From the NCBI GenBank assembly GCA_008369845.1, contig MRSU01000358.1, forward strand, positions 1 through 64,000: a stretch of 64,000 bases of DNA. The letters run 5' to 3'. Under the pieces are notes generated by a model, which made no database searches, was not told the origin of the DNA, and worked only from the letters and a program-made list of their open reading frames with translations. The stretch is from Trichomonas gallinae. Taxonomy: Eukaryota. The stretch's first letter is position 1. Each line of letters starts with the position of its first letter. Positions 43,350 to 53,897 of this stretch are shown piece by piece. The translations under genes were made by a program, and so were the position numbers.

Positions 43350-46300
43350 TTATTTTGTATATTCTAATATATATGATATAGTTTCGCCAAGTTTATCGAG
43401 TCCGATTTCCTTGGCTGCTGTTATAACAGTCTGCAAGTATTCATTGATATCTTGCTTGCTGACTGTTACATCTAAAACGCCACCGTCGTCTTTGCATGAT
43501 TGCGGCATCTTTCTGTGTGCGACATGCTTCTTCGCGCACGCAAGGTCTTGCAATTGATACTGCTCAACTTTGCGTGAGACTTCTTCAAAGATCCATCTTT
43601 CGATAATTTCTGTGTCGTAAACTGCTTTGCAAATTGGGCACATGAAGTTACCCTTCAAGCACTCCTTGTCTCTCAAAATGTCGATATTCGTCGTGTGAAG
43701 GCAGTGCTTGCAGAGAACTGATGGGATGTAGAGGTGAAGAGCTGGATCAACGAAGCGAGTCCTTGGATCATGATCAGAAATTCCGTGAATCAGCAAAACT
43801 TGACGACGAGAGTTGAGAATCAGATTCCTAAGATATGAATCTCCTTTGCCATCAGGAACAGGAACTCCAGCATTCTCGGAATTCAAGTTGTCCAAAGCGT
43901 GGAAGATTGTGTTGATGATTACCAATGCGTCACTCCTAGTGATATCTTTAGGTGTCCTAAGCGGATGCTGGAAAACTGTGTTGAAGTTGTTCTCGACTTT
44001 CATCAATTGGCCAAACTTGTAGAGAATCTCGTTTGCTTCACTTGTGAAGAAGCTGTAGATGTTATCTGATCTCAGTAATTTCTTGAAGAAGTTTTCGAGT
44101 TCTTTTCTCAACGTCTCGTTGATCACATTGGAAATGTTCCATTCGTAGACATCATCACCTTCTGCGGTGATTGTCTGGTGGTTGTACGGATCAATCCAGA
44201 CGAGTTTCTCGTATGTTGTGATTGGAAGGAAGTCAACTCTGCTCGTTAACTGATTCTTGTTGATTGCGTCGATTGCTGACATCAACGGGAACTCGCCATT
44301 GTTCACTAAGATTCTTGAATGATCAGCGTAAACAACAGGAATGTGCTGCTCTTCGAATTTCGAGACTAACTCATTGAAAACTGTGTTTAGCAGCAATTGG
44401 TAAACAGAGTGAATTGCTGGATCATAGAAGACACTCTGTGAGTTGCAGAGCCATGTGCCAATTTGCGCTGACATCTGTGAAAGAATGTTCTTTTCATCGC
44501 CACACTTCTTGATGATATTCGTCAAGAAGATTGAGAGAAGCTGGAAGACAGCTTCAGTAACAGAAAGAGCATCAGCTTGTGGATTGACTGAGAAGTCGCT
44601 GGATGATGGAGCTTGGTGGGAAGGAAGGAATCTGTCGAACAAAGCCTGGCCTTCGATGACAGCAGAGACACCCAAGTAAACAACTCTGATGTCGACGCAG
44701 TGAGAAAGATAAGTTCCTGGCCTGTTGACCATCAGCATCTTGTGTGGATCTCCAGGCATAGTAATCAGCTGGTTGGAATAAGATCCACCAATGTCAGGTT
44801 CGGCGCTTTCTGAGTACCACATGATGTAGTCCCTGTTTATCAACTCACGAGCGAAAAGTAAATCCAATGCACCCATGCAGTAGTCTTCTGTGATGTTTCC
44901 GAGGGGTGTTTGCAATAAGGCTGAGTAATCCAACTTCTGCTGTATGCTGTTGTTGAGCTGGATGAATCTTGTTGTGAAGTGTTTGAATGCATAATCATGC
45001 CACTGCATGTGCTCAGTGTCTTCTGCGCTTGACTCCAAGTTGTCGTCCGAATGCAAGAAATCAAGCGTAACGATCGGATACTGGTGCAATGAGACAACAC
45101 CTAAAGCTCCAACGAGTTGCTCGAAGTTCAAATGGCTCTGAAGATAAACAATTGTGTTGTCTGTCTCGCCGATCTTCAAAATTGCCTCGTGCAAAGCTTT
45201 AGAAGCGTAGTGGATCTTTGTGAAAGTCTTGACGATGTACTTCGTGAGAGTGACGACGCCAGTCTTGTCTTCGAGATCATTGAGTGCTGCGTTCTGGAAT
45301 GGATGAAGAGAAGGAGCAGATATTTCGACATTTCTCTTCGAGAAAACAAAAACTTGAGCTTCAGCTGTTTTCGCGCTTGCTGGAATATTTACCAAAGCGA
45401 GAAGTCCTCTTCCATGCGAATAGCATGAATAGATATAAATTCTGTTGAGCGAATAAAGTTCGGGAAGCATGATTCTCTTTGGCTCCTTCAAGTCGTTCAA
45501 CTTCAATGTGTTCTTCTTCGAGGCGATGACTGAGTTTTTGATGGAGCAAAGAGCTCTGAACAAAGGTGTGACCTGTGTCTCGTAGACGCCTTTGATACCT
45601 GCTGTGTTGAAAGAGCTGGAAAACTCTGCCTTGTGCTCGAGGAATTCTTCTTCCGTCAAAGTGAACTGAGTGATAACTTCTGGCTTGAATCCGTGCGGAA
45701 GATGTTTCTTGACGACTTTAACTTTGTCTTTGAGCTCTCTCTGGAAGAATTCGGCTGACTGCTTCGTGGAGTTGATATAAAAGATCCTTGGAACAGAGAC
45801 TTCTAACTTCCTGAGCATTTTCGCTGCTGTTTGGACGAAAACGTTGACTTTTCCTGGCTCTGATGATTTCCTGATTTCGATGACTCTCCATTCTTGGAAG
45901 TTTCTTTGAGGAGCAACAGAAGCAGCAATGCTTGTTCTTGTCGCGCGCCACTTCTTCTTTGCTTCAATCAAAGCGAGCTGGTAATCTGTTAAATTAGATG
46001 TATCTCTTTGGAATTTAGGACGCTCGATTTTCTGTCTCGCGATTGGAGCAGATGTGAAGTCAATCTTCGTTTGTCCTTTTTGCAAAGCTTCTTCTTTCTG
46101 CTTCTTGATGACCCAGTCCGGTGGTGGGACATTGAAGTTGTTGAGCTTGATTCCCTGAAGAAGAGAAGGAATGACCAAAATCTTCTGGATCGCACCGTAA
46201 AATCTCTGTGTGTAATAATCCCAGTCGACGATGTCTCTGAAGTCAGGAGATTTGATGTTTGAGTCTTCGCACCATCTCTGTAGATATGAAACAATGTTGT

Positions 46301-49298
46301 CGACAGAGTCGTGGAAGATGATGACAGGAATTGAGCGTAAAGCGACAGAAGCTGATGCCGGCAAGCGAGATATAATGTATTCGCATTTTAACGACCTTGA
46401 ATTCAAAATAGAGTCGCCTAAAACTTCTGCCAATCTTTTCGCTGTTGTTGAAGCTGTTGACTTTCTGTCTCCGTATTCTGTCAGTGACTTAGACATTGTC
46501 GATGACTCACTAAGCAAATCCAGTAATTCGTTGTCATCGATTGTTCTGCCGTGTGTCGTCAAGACGCTCAAATATTGTCTGCAGACATCCGCGACGTGAT
46601 CGTAAACTTCTTGTCTTGTGTGTCCGTACATATATGAGTCGAAAACATCTTTCTGCAGCATCTTGATCATCTTCCATTCTCCTCTTCTCTTAATCTCAAA
46701 TCCTTTGAGTTCGTGGATCTTTCCGTTCTTATCGAAAACGGCATATCTCTTCTTGAGCTTCTTGCCTTCCTCTCTCGCAGCAGGAAGGAACATAGCGTGA
46801 TAAGGACCATCAGGCTCGAAAAAGATTGAGTTTTCTTTGTGGACTCTGTAGACATCATCAGCCAATGTTGCTCCCTTCTGAACTAACGTGTGATACTGAT
46901 GATTGGAGAATCCATTATCGACGTTTTCGTTTAACATCGAACACGGGAAATTGAAAATTTTCTGGTCGCCGTTCTTCATGATGAAAGTCTGCTTCATTGG
47001 GAATGTGTCAGGCAGCGCACACCAGATACCATCAGTGTCCAGCTCAAGAGGCCTTCCGAGACCAGTGATAATTGCTCTAGTCTGCTTGATGATAGTCGCG
47101 CCAGTGTTTGTGACGACGCCGGCCATTTCCATAGACCGCCACCTCGCTGCAGCTCTCATAACATAGCCGTAGAAAGAGTTGAGAATGGCTTTGTGAGCAA
47201 GTTGAAGAGAGTCGTTGAGTGTGATCATCTTCTTCGAGTATTCTTTCTCTGCAGGAGTTTTCGCGAGTGCTAATTTCTTGCTGAAAAACTTCACTTTGTC
47301 TTTGTAAACGTATCTTCTGTCTCTGAAAGCTCTGACTGTTTCGATATAGAAGTTGTTGGCTTTCATGCAGATAATAGATGTTTTCGTGATTTCTTTTTCG
47401 ATTTTTGGTTTTTGATAATGTTTCTTGCAGAAATGGTTCAATCTCTGCTTGAAGATTTTCGCTTGATCTTGTGTTGATAATTTATACCAGCTTTCGCCAT
47501 TATGTGTTTCTGTTTCTAATTGTTTAATAATTGCGCTGTTTTCTTTCGCAGTTGACGGGAACCATTCGCCACGCCAGATCCACTGCATCTTCCTCTGGCA
47601 CTTGTCGCCCCTCATTGTGCATTTAGAGCAGAAATCTTCTGTGACAATCGCAGTTGGCTGTAATCTGTTTGTCAAAATGATGTTTGGGTACATGGCGGCG
47701 ACATCCAAGTGCATGATGATAGGAGAGACGCATCTGTGTGGATTATCTCTCAGGTCTTCGAGCGCAGAAATGATATTATGCTTAACTTCCTCATAGTTCG
47801 CGATATCTTCTTCCTTGATCCTCAGTTCTGTGCTCAACACGAAATTGAAGATTCTGGGAACTCTGTTGATGATATCTTGGTATTGTTCGGGGTTTACATT
47901 GAATTCTGTTGGAATATCATCTCTAAAGATGCCGGATTCGATGGCTTCAACTCTGCCACCTGAATATGTCTCGGAAATCAAGACGTGGCCTTCGTGTTCC
48001 TTCATTTCGTCGTTTGTTGTCTTATTCGGGAAGAAAATGTTGCCTTTGTAAGCTTCTGACATGAGAAGACTCTCGCAAAGAGTGCCGGTACCTCTTCTAA
48101 GGCAGTCATCTGGGTTTAAAGGAATGATTGTAGATAATGAAAAAATGAAACCGTGAATAAACTTCTCGTAAAGGTAATAAGTAGCATAAGCATCTGAAAC
48201 TGAATAGTTGGCCAGTCTCTGAGGATCTTCCATACCGAGCGGACAAATATCTTCAGGATCAAGCTCTAATGGGTTGTAATTGAGCTTAGCTTTAGTAACA
48301 GCCTTAAGGCCTTGGGAACCAGCTGGCAAATAAGAGTCACGCTGAACCCAATGGAAACAATCGATGTGTGGTGCATAATTGGAGACAAATTGGTCGTTAA
48401 ACTTGCTGAAACCGATTTCATCGTACATTGATAAGTTCAAAATTCGTGCACGCTCTTGAATAAACTCCCAATCGAAGAAATCTCCGTTAAAAGTAACGAA
48501 AATGTGTGGTTTGACTTCGCGGATGTGGTTAAACCAGCCTTTAAGCATTTCACGCTCATTTGGAAAGTTTGTAACGTGAAATTCGCAAAAATATTCTTGA
48601 AGAGGAGAATATTCGAAACTTTCAATTTCCTCTGAGAACCATTCTCTATTGATGACTAAATAGCCAGTGCCGTCGAGCATGTAAGAAATCATCATGATTT
48701 GATCTGTTTCTGTATTTGGGAATTGCAAAGGCTGTTTGGAACACTCTATATCGAACGCCAAGATGCGTGGTGTTGGGCCTGGACGCTCTTGGTCATCTTC
48801 TTTAGCTTCGAGAGATATATGTGGATTTCCATCAATATTGTCAATATTATACCAGCGGCCTACTCTGATATTATTATCAATGCAAAAACGCTCGTAGTAT
48901 TGGACGTCGCATTCACGTAATTCTGCTTTTGTTCGCGATAATTCGCCACGTACTTTGACTAAGTCTTTGACTGTAGCGAATATTAACTTTGCAGCTGTTC
49001 TCGTGCCTTCGAGAGTTCCGATATCGAGTTTCTGAACATATTCGATTCGACGAACTTGTTTGTGATCGTTATAGTCTGTAATTTTGTCGTAAGGCATCAT
49101 AACATAGAAGTATGGCTCGAATATTTTGTTAATTCTGAACGTACTTCCATCAGAGCGCATGAAATATAAAATTACTGCCGAAAAGTCTGTATCTGAATCT
49201 TCTGGACGAACTGTTGTAGGGAGAATGTTGATCAGCCAGCCATTTAGATGATCAAACTCCGTAATTAAAGGATACCAGAAATCAGTTCTATCATTCAT
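43350..49298 (-). CDS. POL2: DNA polymerase epsilon catalytic subunit
   Basis: Exonuclease motifs FDIE, FNGDFFDW and YSVSDA. Polymerase motifs LDVAAMYPNIILTNRLQP, HKAILNSFYGY and ELDTDG. CysX cysteines and a C-terminal CysA are present. Start taken at MNDR (49298) after an Inr-like TCAATTT. Confidence 0.97.
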   Translation of the reverse strand: MNDRTDFWYPLITEFDHLNGWLINILPTTVRPEDSDTDFSAVILYFMRSDGSTFRINKIFEPYFYVMMPYDKITDYNDHKQVRRIEYVQKLDIGTLEGTRTAAKLIFATVKDLVKVRGELSRTKAELRECDVQYYERFCIDNNIRVGRWYNIDNIDGNPHISLEAKEDDQERPGPTPRILAFDIECSKQPLQFPNTETDQIMMISYMLDGTGYLVINREWFSEEIESFEYSPLQEYFCEFHVTNFPNEREMLKGWFNHIREVKPHIFVTFNGDFFDWEFIQERARILNLSMYDEIGFSKFNDQFVSNYAPHIDCFHWVQRDSYLPAGSQGLKAVTKAKLNYNPLELDPEDICPLGMEDPQRLANYSVSDAYATYYLYEKFIHGFIFSLSTIIPLNPDDCLRRGTGTLCESLLMSEAYKGNIFFPNKTTNDEMKEHEGHVLISETYSGGRVEAIESGIFRDDIPTEFNVNPEQYQDIINRVPRIFNFVLSTELRIKEEDIANYEEVKHNIISALEDLRDNPHRCVSPIIMHLDVAAMYPNIILTNRLQPTAIVTEDFCSKCTMRGDKCQRKMQWIWRGEWFPSTAKENSAIIKQLETETHNGESWYKLSTQDQAKIFKQRLNHFCKKHYQKPKIEKEITKTSIICMKANNFYIETVRAFRDRRYVYKDKVKFFSKKLALAKTPAEKEYSKKMITLNDSLQLAHKAILNSFYGYVMRAAARWRSMEMAGVVTNTGATIIKQTRAIITGLGRPLELDTDGIWCALPDTFPMKQTFIMKNGDQKIFNFPCSMLNENVDNGFSNHQYHTLVQKGATLADDVYRVHKENSIFFEPDGPYHAMFLPAAREEGKKLKKRYAVFDKNGKIHELKGFEIKRRGEWKMIKMLQKDVFDSYMYGHTRQEVYDHVADVCRQYLSVLTTHGRTIDDNELLDLLSESSTMSKSLTEYGDRKSTASTTAKRLAEVLGDSILNSRSLKCEYIISRLPASASVALRSIPVIIFHDSVDNIVSYLQRWCEDSNIKSPDFRDIVDWDYYTQRFYGAIQKILVIPSLLQGIKLNNFNVPPPDWVIKKQKEEALQKGQTKIDFTSAPIARQKIERPKFQRDTSNLTDYQLALIEAKKKWRATRTSIAASVAPQRNFQEWRVIEIRKSSEPGKVNVFVQTAAKMLRKLEVSVPRIFYINSTKQSAEFFQRELKDKVKVVKKHLPHGFKPEVITQFTLTEEEFLEHKAEFSSSFNTAGIKGVYETQVTPLFRALCSIKNSVIASKKNTLKLNDLKEPKRIMLPELYSLNRIYIYSCYSHGRGLLALVNIPASAKTAEAQVFVFSKRNVEISAPSLHPFQNAALNDLEDKTGVVTLTKYIVKTFTKIHYASKALHEAILKIGETDNTIVYLQSHLNFEQLVGALGVVSLHQYPIVTLDFLHSDDNLESSAEDTEHMQWHDYAFKHFTTRFIQLNNSIQQKLDYSALLQTPLGNITEDYCMGALDLLFARELINRDYIMWYSESAEPDIGGSYSNQLITMPGDPHKMLMVNRPGTYLSHCVDIRVVYLGVSAVIEGQALFDRFLPSHQAPSSSDFSVNPQADALSVTEAVFQLLSIFLTNIIKKCGDEKNILSQMSAQIGTWLCNSQSVFYDPAIHSVYQLLLNTVFNELVSKFEEQHIPVVYADHSRILVNNGEFPLMSAIDAINKNQLTSRVDFLPITTYEKLVWIDPYNHQTITAEGDDVYEWNISNVINETLRKELENFFKKLLRSDNIYSFFTSEANEILYKFGQLMKVENNFNTVFQHPLRTPKDITRSDALVIINTIFHALDNLNSENAGVPVPDGKGDSYLRNLILNSRRQVLLIHGISDHDPRTRFVDPALHLYIPSVLCKHCLHTTNIDILRDKECLKGNFMCPICKAVYDTEIIERWIFEEVSRKVEQYQLQDLACAKKHVAHRKMPQSCKDDGGVLDVTVSKQDINEYLQTVITAAKEIGLDKLGETISYILEYTK

Positions 49299-49418
49299 TA
49301 AAAATTGACACTTAAAAAAATTGACAAAATTTTTAAACGAATGCGAAATCATAATTCATCCCAATATGCAGAATTCATGAATTTTGGATCTTGAAAAGTG
49401 AGAACAAAAGTGAAATTA

Positions 49419-49553
49419 TGTCTTGTAAACTAGGAAATGTCATGTAAAATTAATTGTTCTGTCATGTAAATAAACGTATACCTGTCATGTAAATTCATTT
49501 TTGTTGTGTAAAATAGAAAATGTCGTGTAAAATGGGTGATTTTGTCACGTAAA
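49419..49553 (+). promoter_or_regulatory. Array of 7 TGTCATGTAAA-like motifs with 19-23 bp spacing
   Basis: Copies start at 49419, 49438, 49460, 49483, 49502, 49521 and 49543. Two more are at 49726 and 49749. Confidence 0.7.
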
Positions 49554-49557
49554 TATA

Positions 49558-49610
49558 AAAAATATACAGCCACTTTTTGAGCGAAGCTCAAAAAGTGGCT
49601 GTATATTTTT
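49558..49610. repeat. Perfect 25-bp inverted repeat with a GAA loop
   Basis: AAAAATATACAGCCACTTTTTGAGC-GAA-GCTCAAAAAGTGGCTGTATATTTTT. Confidence 0.95.
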
Positions 49611-49893
49611 ATTCTTGCGCCTTCTATTTTGAATCATTTTCAGCATCTTTTGTTCATGATATAATTATAACCGTTTCAATTCAAAATTGTATGTAATGTT
49701 TGTTTATTTCGTGTATAATTCGAAATGTCATGTAAAAACATAATGTTTTGTCATGTAAATTTAGCATAAAAAAGTTTATCAAAACTGACAAAATTTCTAT
49801 ACGAATGGACATATTTCTTTGATGATGAAAAATATTTTTTGATGAATTTTTTGAGATTTAAAAACGTTCATGCACTTTTCCTGTCAGTTTTTT

Positions 49894-51159
49894 ATGAACT
49901 CTCACCAATCTTTCCAGAACATACAGATTCTTCCTAACAAACTGCTTTTTTCGGTTCTGCGCAATGAGCCGCGGAGCACGCCTCATATGCTGTACTTCAG
50001 CGTCGAAAATGAACCACATTTTCAATACCGTGGTTTTTTTGACGATTTTGGTCCTCCATCTTTATTGCAATTATACTCATTTACGAAAATGATCGAAAAT
50101 TTCATGAGCCAATCAAATATGGTTCTTCATTTTTATGTTTCGCCAAATCAATCAGCAAAGTCAAATGCAGCCGTCTTTATTTCAAGTTTTCGAATGTTAC
50201 ATTGCAAAATGAATGCTGAAGAGTCGTTTAAACCACTACGTCCTATTTCATCGACATTAAAACCTTTTCGTGATGCTTCTACTCTCCCATCAACATTCGA
50301 TTTGTCAGTTTTAGACTGTCTAAGAGGCCTTCAGCATGCAATTGAACTCGGATGGTTTAATATTGACACATTTGATCCTGAAACGTGGGCTAGAATAGAA
50401 GCAATCGAAAATGGCGACATGAATTGGCTGATACCTAACAAATTACTTGCTTTCGCGTCCCCATATTCAACAAATATCCTTCCTGGAGGATTTCGTGTTG
50501 CAACACCTTCAATTGTAATACCAGAATTCAAAAACTTAGGAATAACACACGTAATTAGACTAAACAAGCCATTCTACGACTGTGAAGAGTTCAAACAGGC
50601 AGGATTCAAGCACACAGAGCTTTATTTCCTAGATGGATCTACTCCACCACAACACATTCTCGAAGACTTCTTGAAAATAGCCGAAACTGACGAAATTATT
50701 GCACTCCACTGCAAGGCAGGGCTGGGCAGGACAGGAACACTCGCTGGCTGCTACATGATAAAAAACTATAACTTCACTGCAAGGGAAGCAATAGGATGGA
50801 TAAGGATATGTCGAGCAGGCAGTGTCATCGGCCCTCAGCAGCAGTACTTGTTGCAGTACTACAACGAGATGCAGAGGCCTAAGACAGACGCTAATCAGAT
50901 ACACGAGCCACTAGTTCAGCTGGGTTCGCGTGCTTCTAAAAGGATAATAAGAGGAGCTGGAAAAAATGTTGTGATAAATGACGACGCGAGGGACAGCAAG
51001 AGAAAGGCGAACTGGAAGCGCCAGGATACTGCACGTGCTCAGATTAGAAGACCTTTCCGTCCGCCGAGCGATAATTTATGCGTTAGAGCTACGCCAATTA
51101 ATTCATTTCATCCGCAGCCAAGGAAAGTCAACCAAAAAGAGGTTCATCGCGGAAATTGA
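49894..51159 (+). CDS. CDC14: Cdc14-family dual-specificity phosphatase
   Basis: DFGP, PFRDAS, ENGDMNWLIP, HCKAGLGRTG and IGWIRICRAGSVIGPQQ motifs. Start is 49894 or 49870. Confidence 0.95.
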   Translation: MNSHQSFQNIQILPNKLLFSVLRNEPRSTPHMLYFSVENEPHFQYRGFFDDFGPPSLLQLYSFTKMIENFMSQSNMVLHFYVSPNQSAKSNAAVFISSFRMLHCKMNAEESFKPLRPISSTLKPFRDASTLPSTFDLSVLDCLRGLQHAIELGWFNIDTFDPETWARIEAIENGDMNWLIPNKLLAFASPYSTNILPGGFRVATPSIVIPEFKNLGITHVIRLNKPFYDCEEFKQAGFKHTELYFLDGSTPPQHILEDFLKIAETDEIIALHCKAGLGRTGTLAGCYMIKNYNFTAREAIGWIRICRAGSVIGPQQQYLLQYYNEMQRPKTDANQIHEPLVQLGSRASKRIIRGAGKNVVINDDARDSKRKANWKRQDTARAQIRRPFRPPSDNLCVRATPINSFHPQPRKVNQKEVHRGN

Positions 51160-51462
51160 TTTGTTTTATATGTTTTGTATGTATATATATAAATGTTTTG
51201 TTCTTTATTTTTTTCATCAAAATAATTATTCATGATTTCACAGTTTTTAAATCAAAATATCATTTTCTTTGTCTTAACAATGAATAAAATTCATAATTAA
51301 ATCATGGAATAAGTCAAAAAATTAAAATTTTGATAATTTGTTCAAAATAGAAGCTAAATTAGATGAAGAAGATAGAGAAATTGGAAAAAGATGGAGATGG
51401 TTCAAGGAAAAAAAAATAACAGAATAATTTTACAATATACAAACCAATGAAGTACAAATAAA

Positions 51463-52626
51463 TTAATATACAGAATACAATTTTGCATTAATGGCAGGAG
51501 CTTCTATTGGTGGAATAGAATGATGTAAATTATCCACATGATCTGCGTTGAAACTTTCCTTTTCCACCTTCTTTTGGTGTATATCCTGCGGATGCGGCGA
51601 GGGTTGAAGAGGCGATGCGTGTTCAAAGAATGGCTGAACGTGAGGCAAAGTTGGCCTTGGATTTTCAATTTGTGGAAATTCTCTTATAATGGATGGTAAT
51701 GCATTCGGAGATTGCACCAATAAGTGAGACTGTGGCTGTGGTGGTGTTAAAATCGGTGTTGTTGGCTGTGGCGGCGTTGATGACTTTATTGCAGCCAAAG
51801 ACTGCATCGGAGGTATACAAATCATTTGGCCAGGATAGCCAGGATATGTCTGAGTTTCCGGTGGAATTATCGGTATTGAATACATCGGTTGTACGAATTG
51901 CGGAGTATATGCTGGAGTGTGCACATAAACTTGATGTGCTGGAGAATTCTGTGTTGGTGGCGTAACCGCTTGCGTAAGTGGGTTAATTGCTGGAATTGAG
52001 CCAGAGTGAATACGTTTTTCTTTAACTAACTGCTTATATTTATATCTGCACTGCACATCACTTCGATTTTTCATCTGTGATGATATAGTAGTCCACGCTT
52101 TGCTTCCATGTATAGAAATGAGATGTATAAGTAAATCTTCTTCGGCCTGGGACCATTGCATCTTTGAAATCTTCGGATCAAGGCCCCGATACCATCTCTG
52201 TGAACACTGTGACTTTGTTCTGCCATTTCCAACGAATCTTGAAATTGAGGTCCAATTTTCGATACCACAGCGCATTATGCCAGCAATAAGGCGATCATCT
52301 TCATACTGAGACCATGGGCGAGATTTTTTGCGTTTCGACTCCGAATCATTTCCATTCTGTGAACTTATAGGATTTTCTGGAATCGGTTGTTGTCCGATTT
52401 CGATGATCGATTTAAGATGCTGAAGCGGCTCTGTGTTAGATATGACTTGTTTCACGTTGTTTTCAAGCACACTGAAAGGAATTGTCCCAGCAATATAATT
52501 TCTCAAGTGCATTGCAACGATATTCTTCACTTCCGGAGTCGGAAACTGAGCCTCCCCAAAATATGTCAACGCAACTTCAGCAACACTAGCTATAACCTCA
52601 GGGTTATAATGTGCTGAGTGCTTCAT
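51463..52626 (-). CDS. Myb-like transcription factor with a Pro/Gln-rich C-terminus
   Basis: WSQYEDDRL...W...RTKSQCSQRW...WSQAEED...W...RSDVQCRYKY. Confidence 0.93.
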   Translation of the reverse strand: MKHSAHYNPEVIASVAEVALTYFGEAQFPTPEVKNIVAMHLRNYIAGTIPFSVLENNVKQVISNTEPLQHLKSIIEIGQQPIPENPISSQNGNDSESKRKKSRPWSQYEDDRLIAGIMRCGIENWTSISRFVGNGRTKSQCSQRWYRGLDPKISKMQWSQAEEDLLIHLISIHGSKAWTTISSQMKNRSDVQCRYKYKQLVKEKRIHSGSIPAINPLTQAVTPPTQNSPAHQVYVHTPAYTPQFVQPMYSIPIIPPETQTYPGYPGQMICIPPMQSLAAIKSSTPPQPTTPILTPPQPQSHLLVQSPNALPSIIREFPQIENPRPTLPHVQPFFEHASPLQPSPHPQDIHQKKVEKESFNADHVDNLHHSIPPIEAPAINAKLYSVY

Positions 52627-53897
52627 TGTAAAAAAAAAAAATTCTGTTTTCTGTTTTCAAAAAAAAAATAATTTCATTACAATGATACTAATTATTAAAT
52701 AAAAATTTGAACATTTGGTCGAACTTTGAAAATCGTTTTTTTACATGATAATAGTAAATCGTGGGCAGAAATAACACTATGTCATTGAGAAATATTTGAT
52801 AAGATGTTATGGATTTGTATATTGAATTAGTTGTGTGTGTATTATCAATATTGAATTTTCTTTTCTTTAGATTTCGTCTAGTTTATTAGTAAAACTACAA
52901 ATTCCAAAAATTATCAATTTTGGATTTTTGACGGGTGTAAGCTCTGTATGCTGTTTTGCATCTAATTCATCAGGATTATCAAAAATTTTCTATTTCTTAT
53001 CAAAAGCAAAATGGTTCTAAAATCGAAAGGATTAATTTGTTTAAAACATTTAAAATTTTGTAAATAAGTTTTTGGAAATAACAGCAGTTTCGATGCAAAC
53101 AAAGAAGAACAAAATTTTGAAATTGGTTTTTGATTTGAATAGAACATTTCTTCTTCAATTTTTTATCTATAATAATTCAATTTAAAGTAAAGTGCTATTC
53201 AAAATTTTCTTATCAAACGAATTTTCTTTTAATTTTCTTCCGTTTGCTGGTATTTGTTAAATATTTGTCTATCGTGTTGATTTTTCGACGTGTAAAGTTT
53301 CTTATGTCAAAATTTTTTCATTGATTCTATAAAATCACTGCTAAAATTGTAGAATATTTTATTCGTTTTTTGAAAATTTCATGATTCTTGCAAATTATCC
53401 GAAAAACAAAATGCAAACTCAGGGGTAAAAATTTATCTACTCCATATATCATATGTAAAAATTCGCTCAATAGCGATTTTCTATTTATCCGAAAAAAAAT
53501 TTTGTTTTGAGCCTTTGGTAACTATGTCATGTCAGTAAGAATAGAAAGTTAAACAGTATATTTAGAGATTAATGGATAAAAGCGAATATTTAACGAAAAA
53601 TTAATTATTATTTCGCTCATAACTCTATGAACTCAGTAAGTAGTGTGCTTTGCAGCATATATTCTTCAATAAATCAATACGTAATATGTTTGATTCAAAT
53701 TATTGAATTTTTTGTTCGAAGATCCAATAGAGCAGCCATTTCCTAACACTGCATAGCTGGATCTACTACTTATGCCGAGAGATCATGCTATTTTGTAATA
53801 GTATTTTTTTGAAATTTTTTTACAGGATAGAAAGTAATAATTAAACATGTACATAATAACAACGCACGAACATAAAACATAAATGCATACCAATTAT

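Noticed and set aside
49419..49553. Repeat-spacer pattern considered as a CRISPR array
   Set aside because: Repeats are 11 bp and spacers 8-12 bp, far too short. There are no cas genes and the context is eukaryotic.
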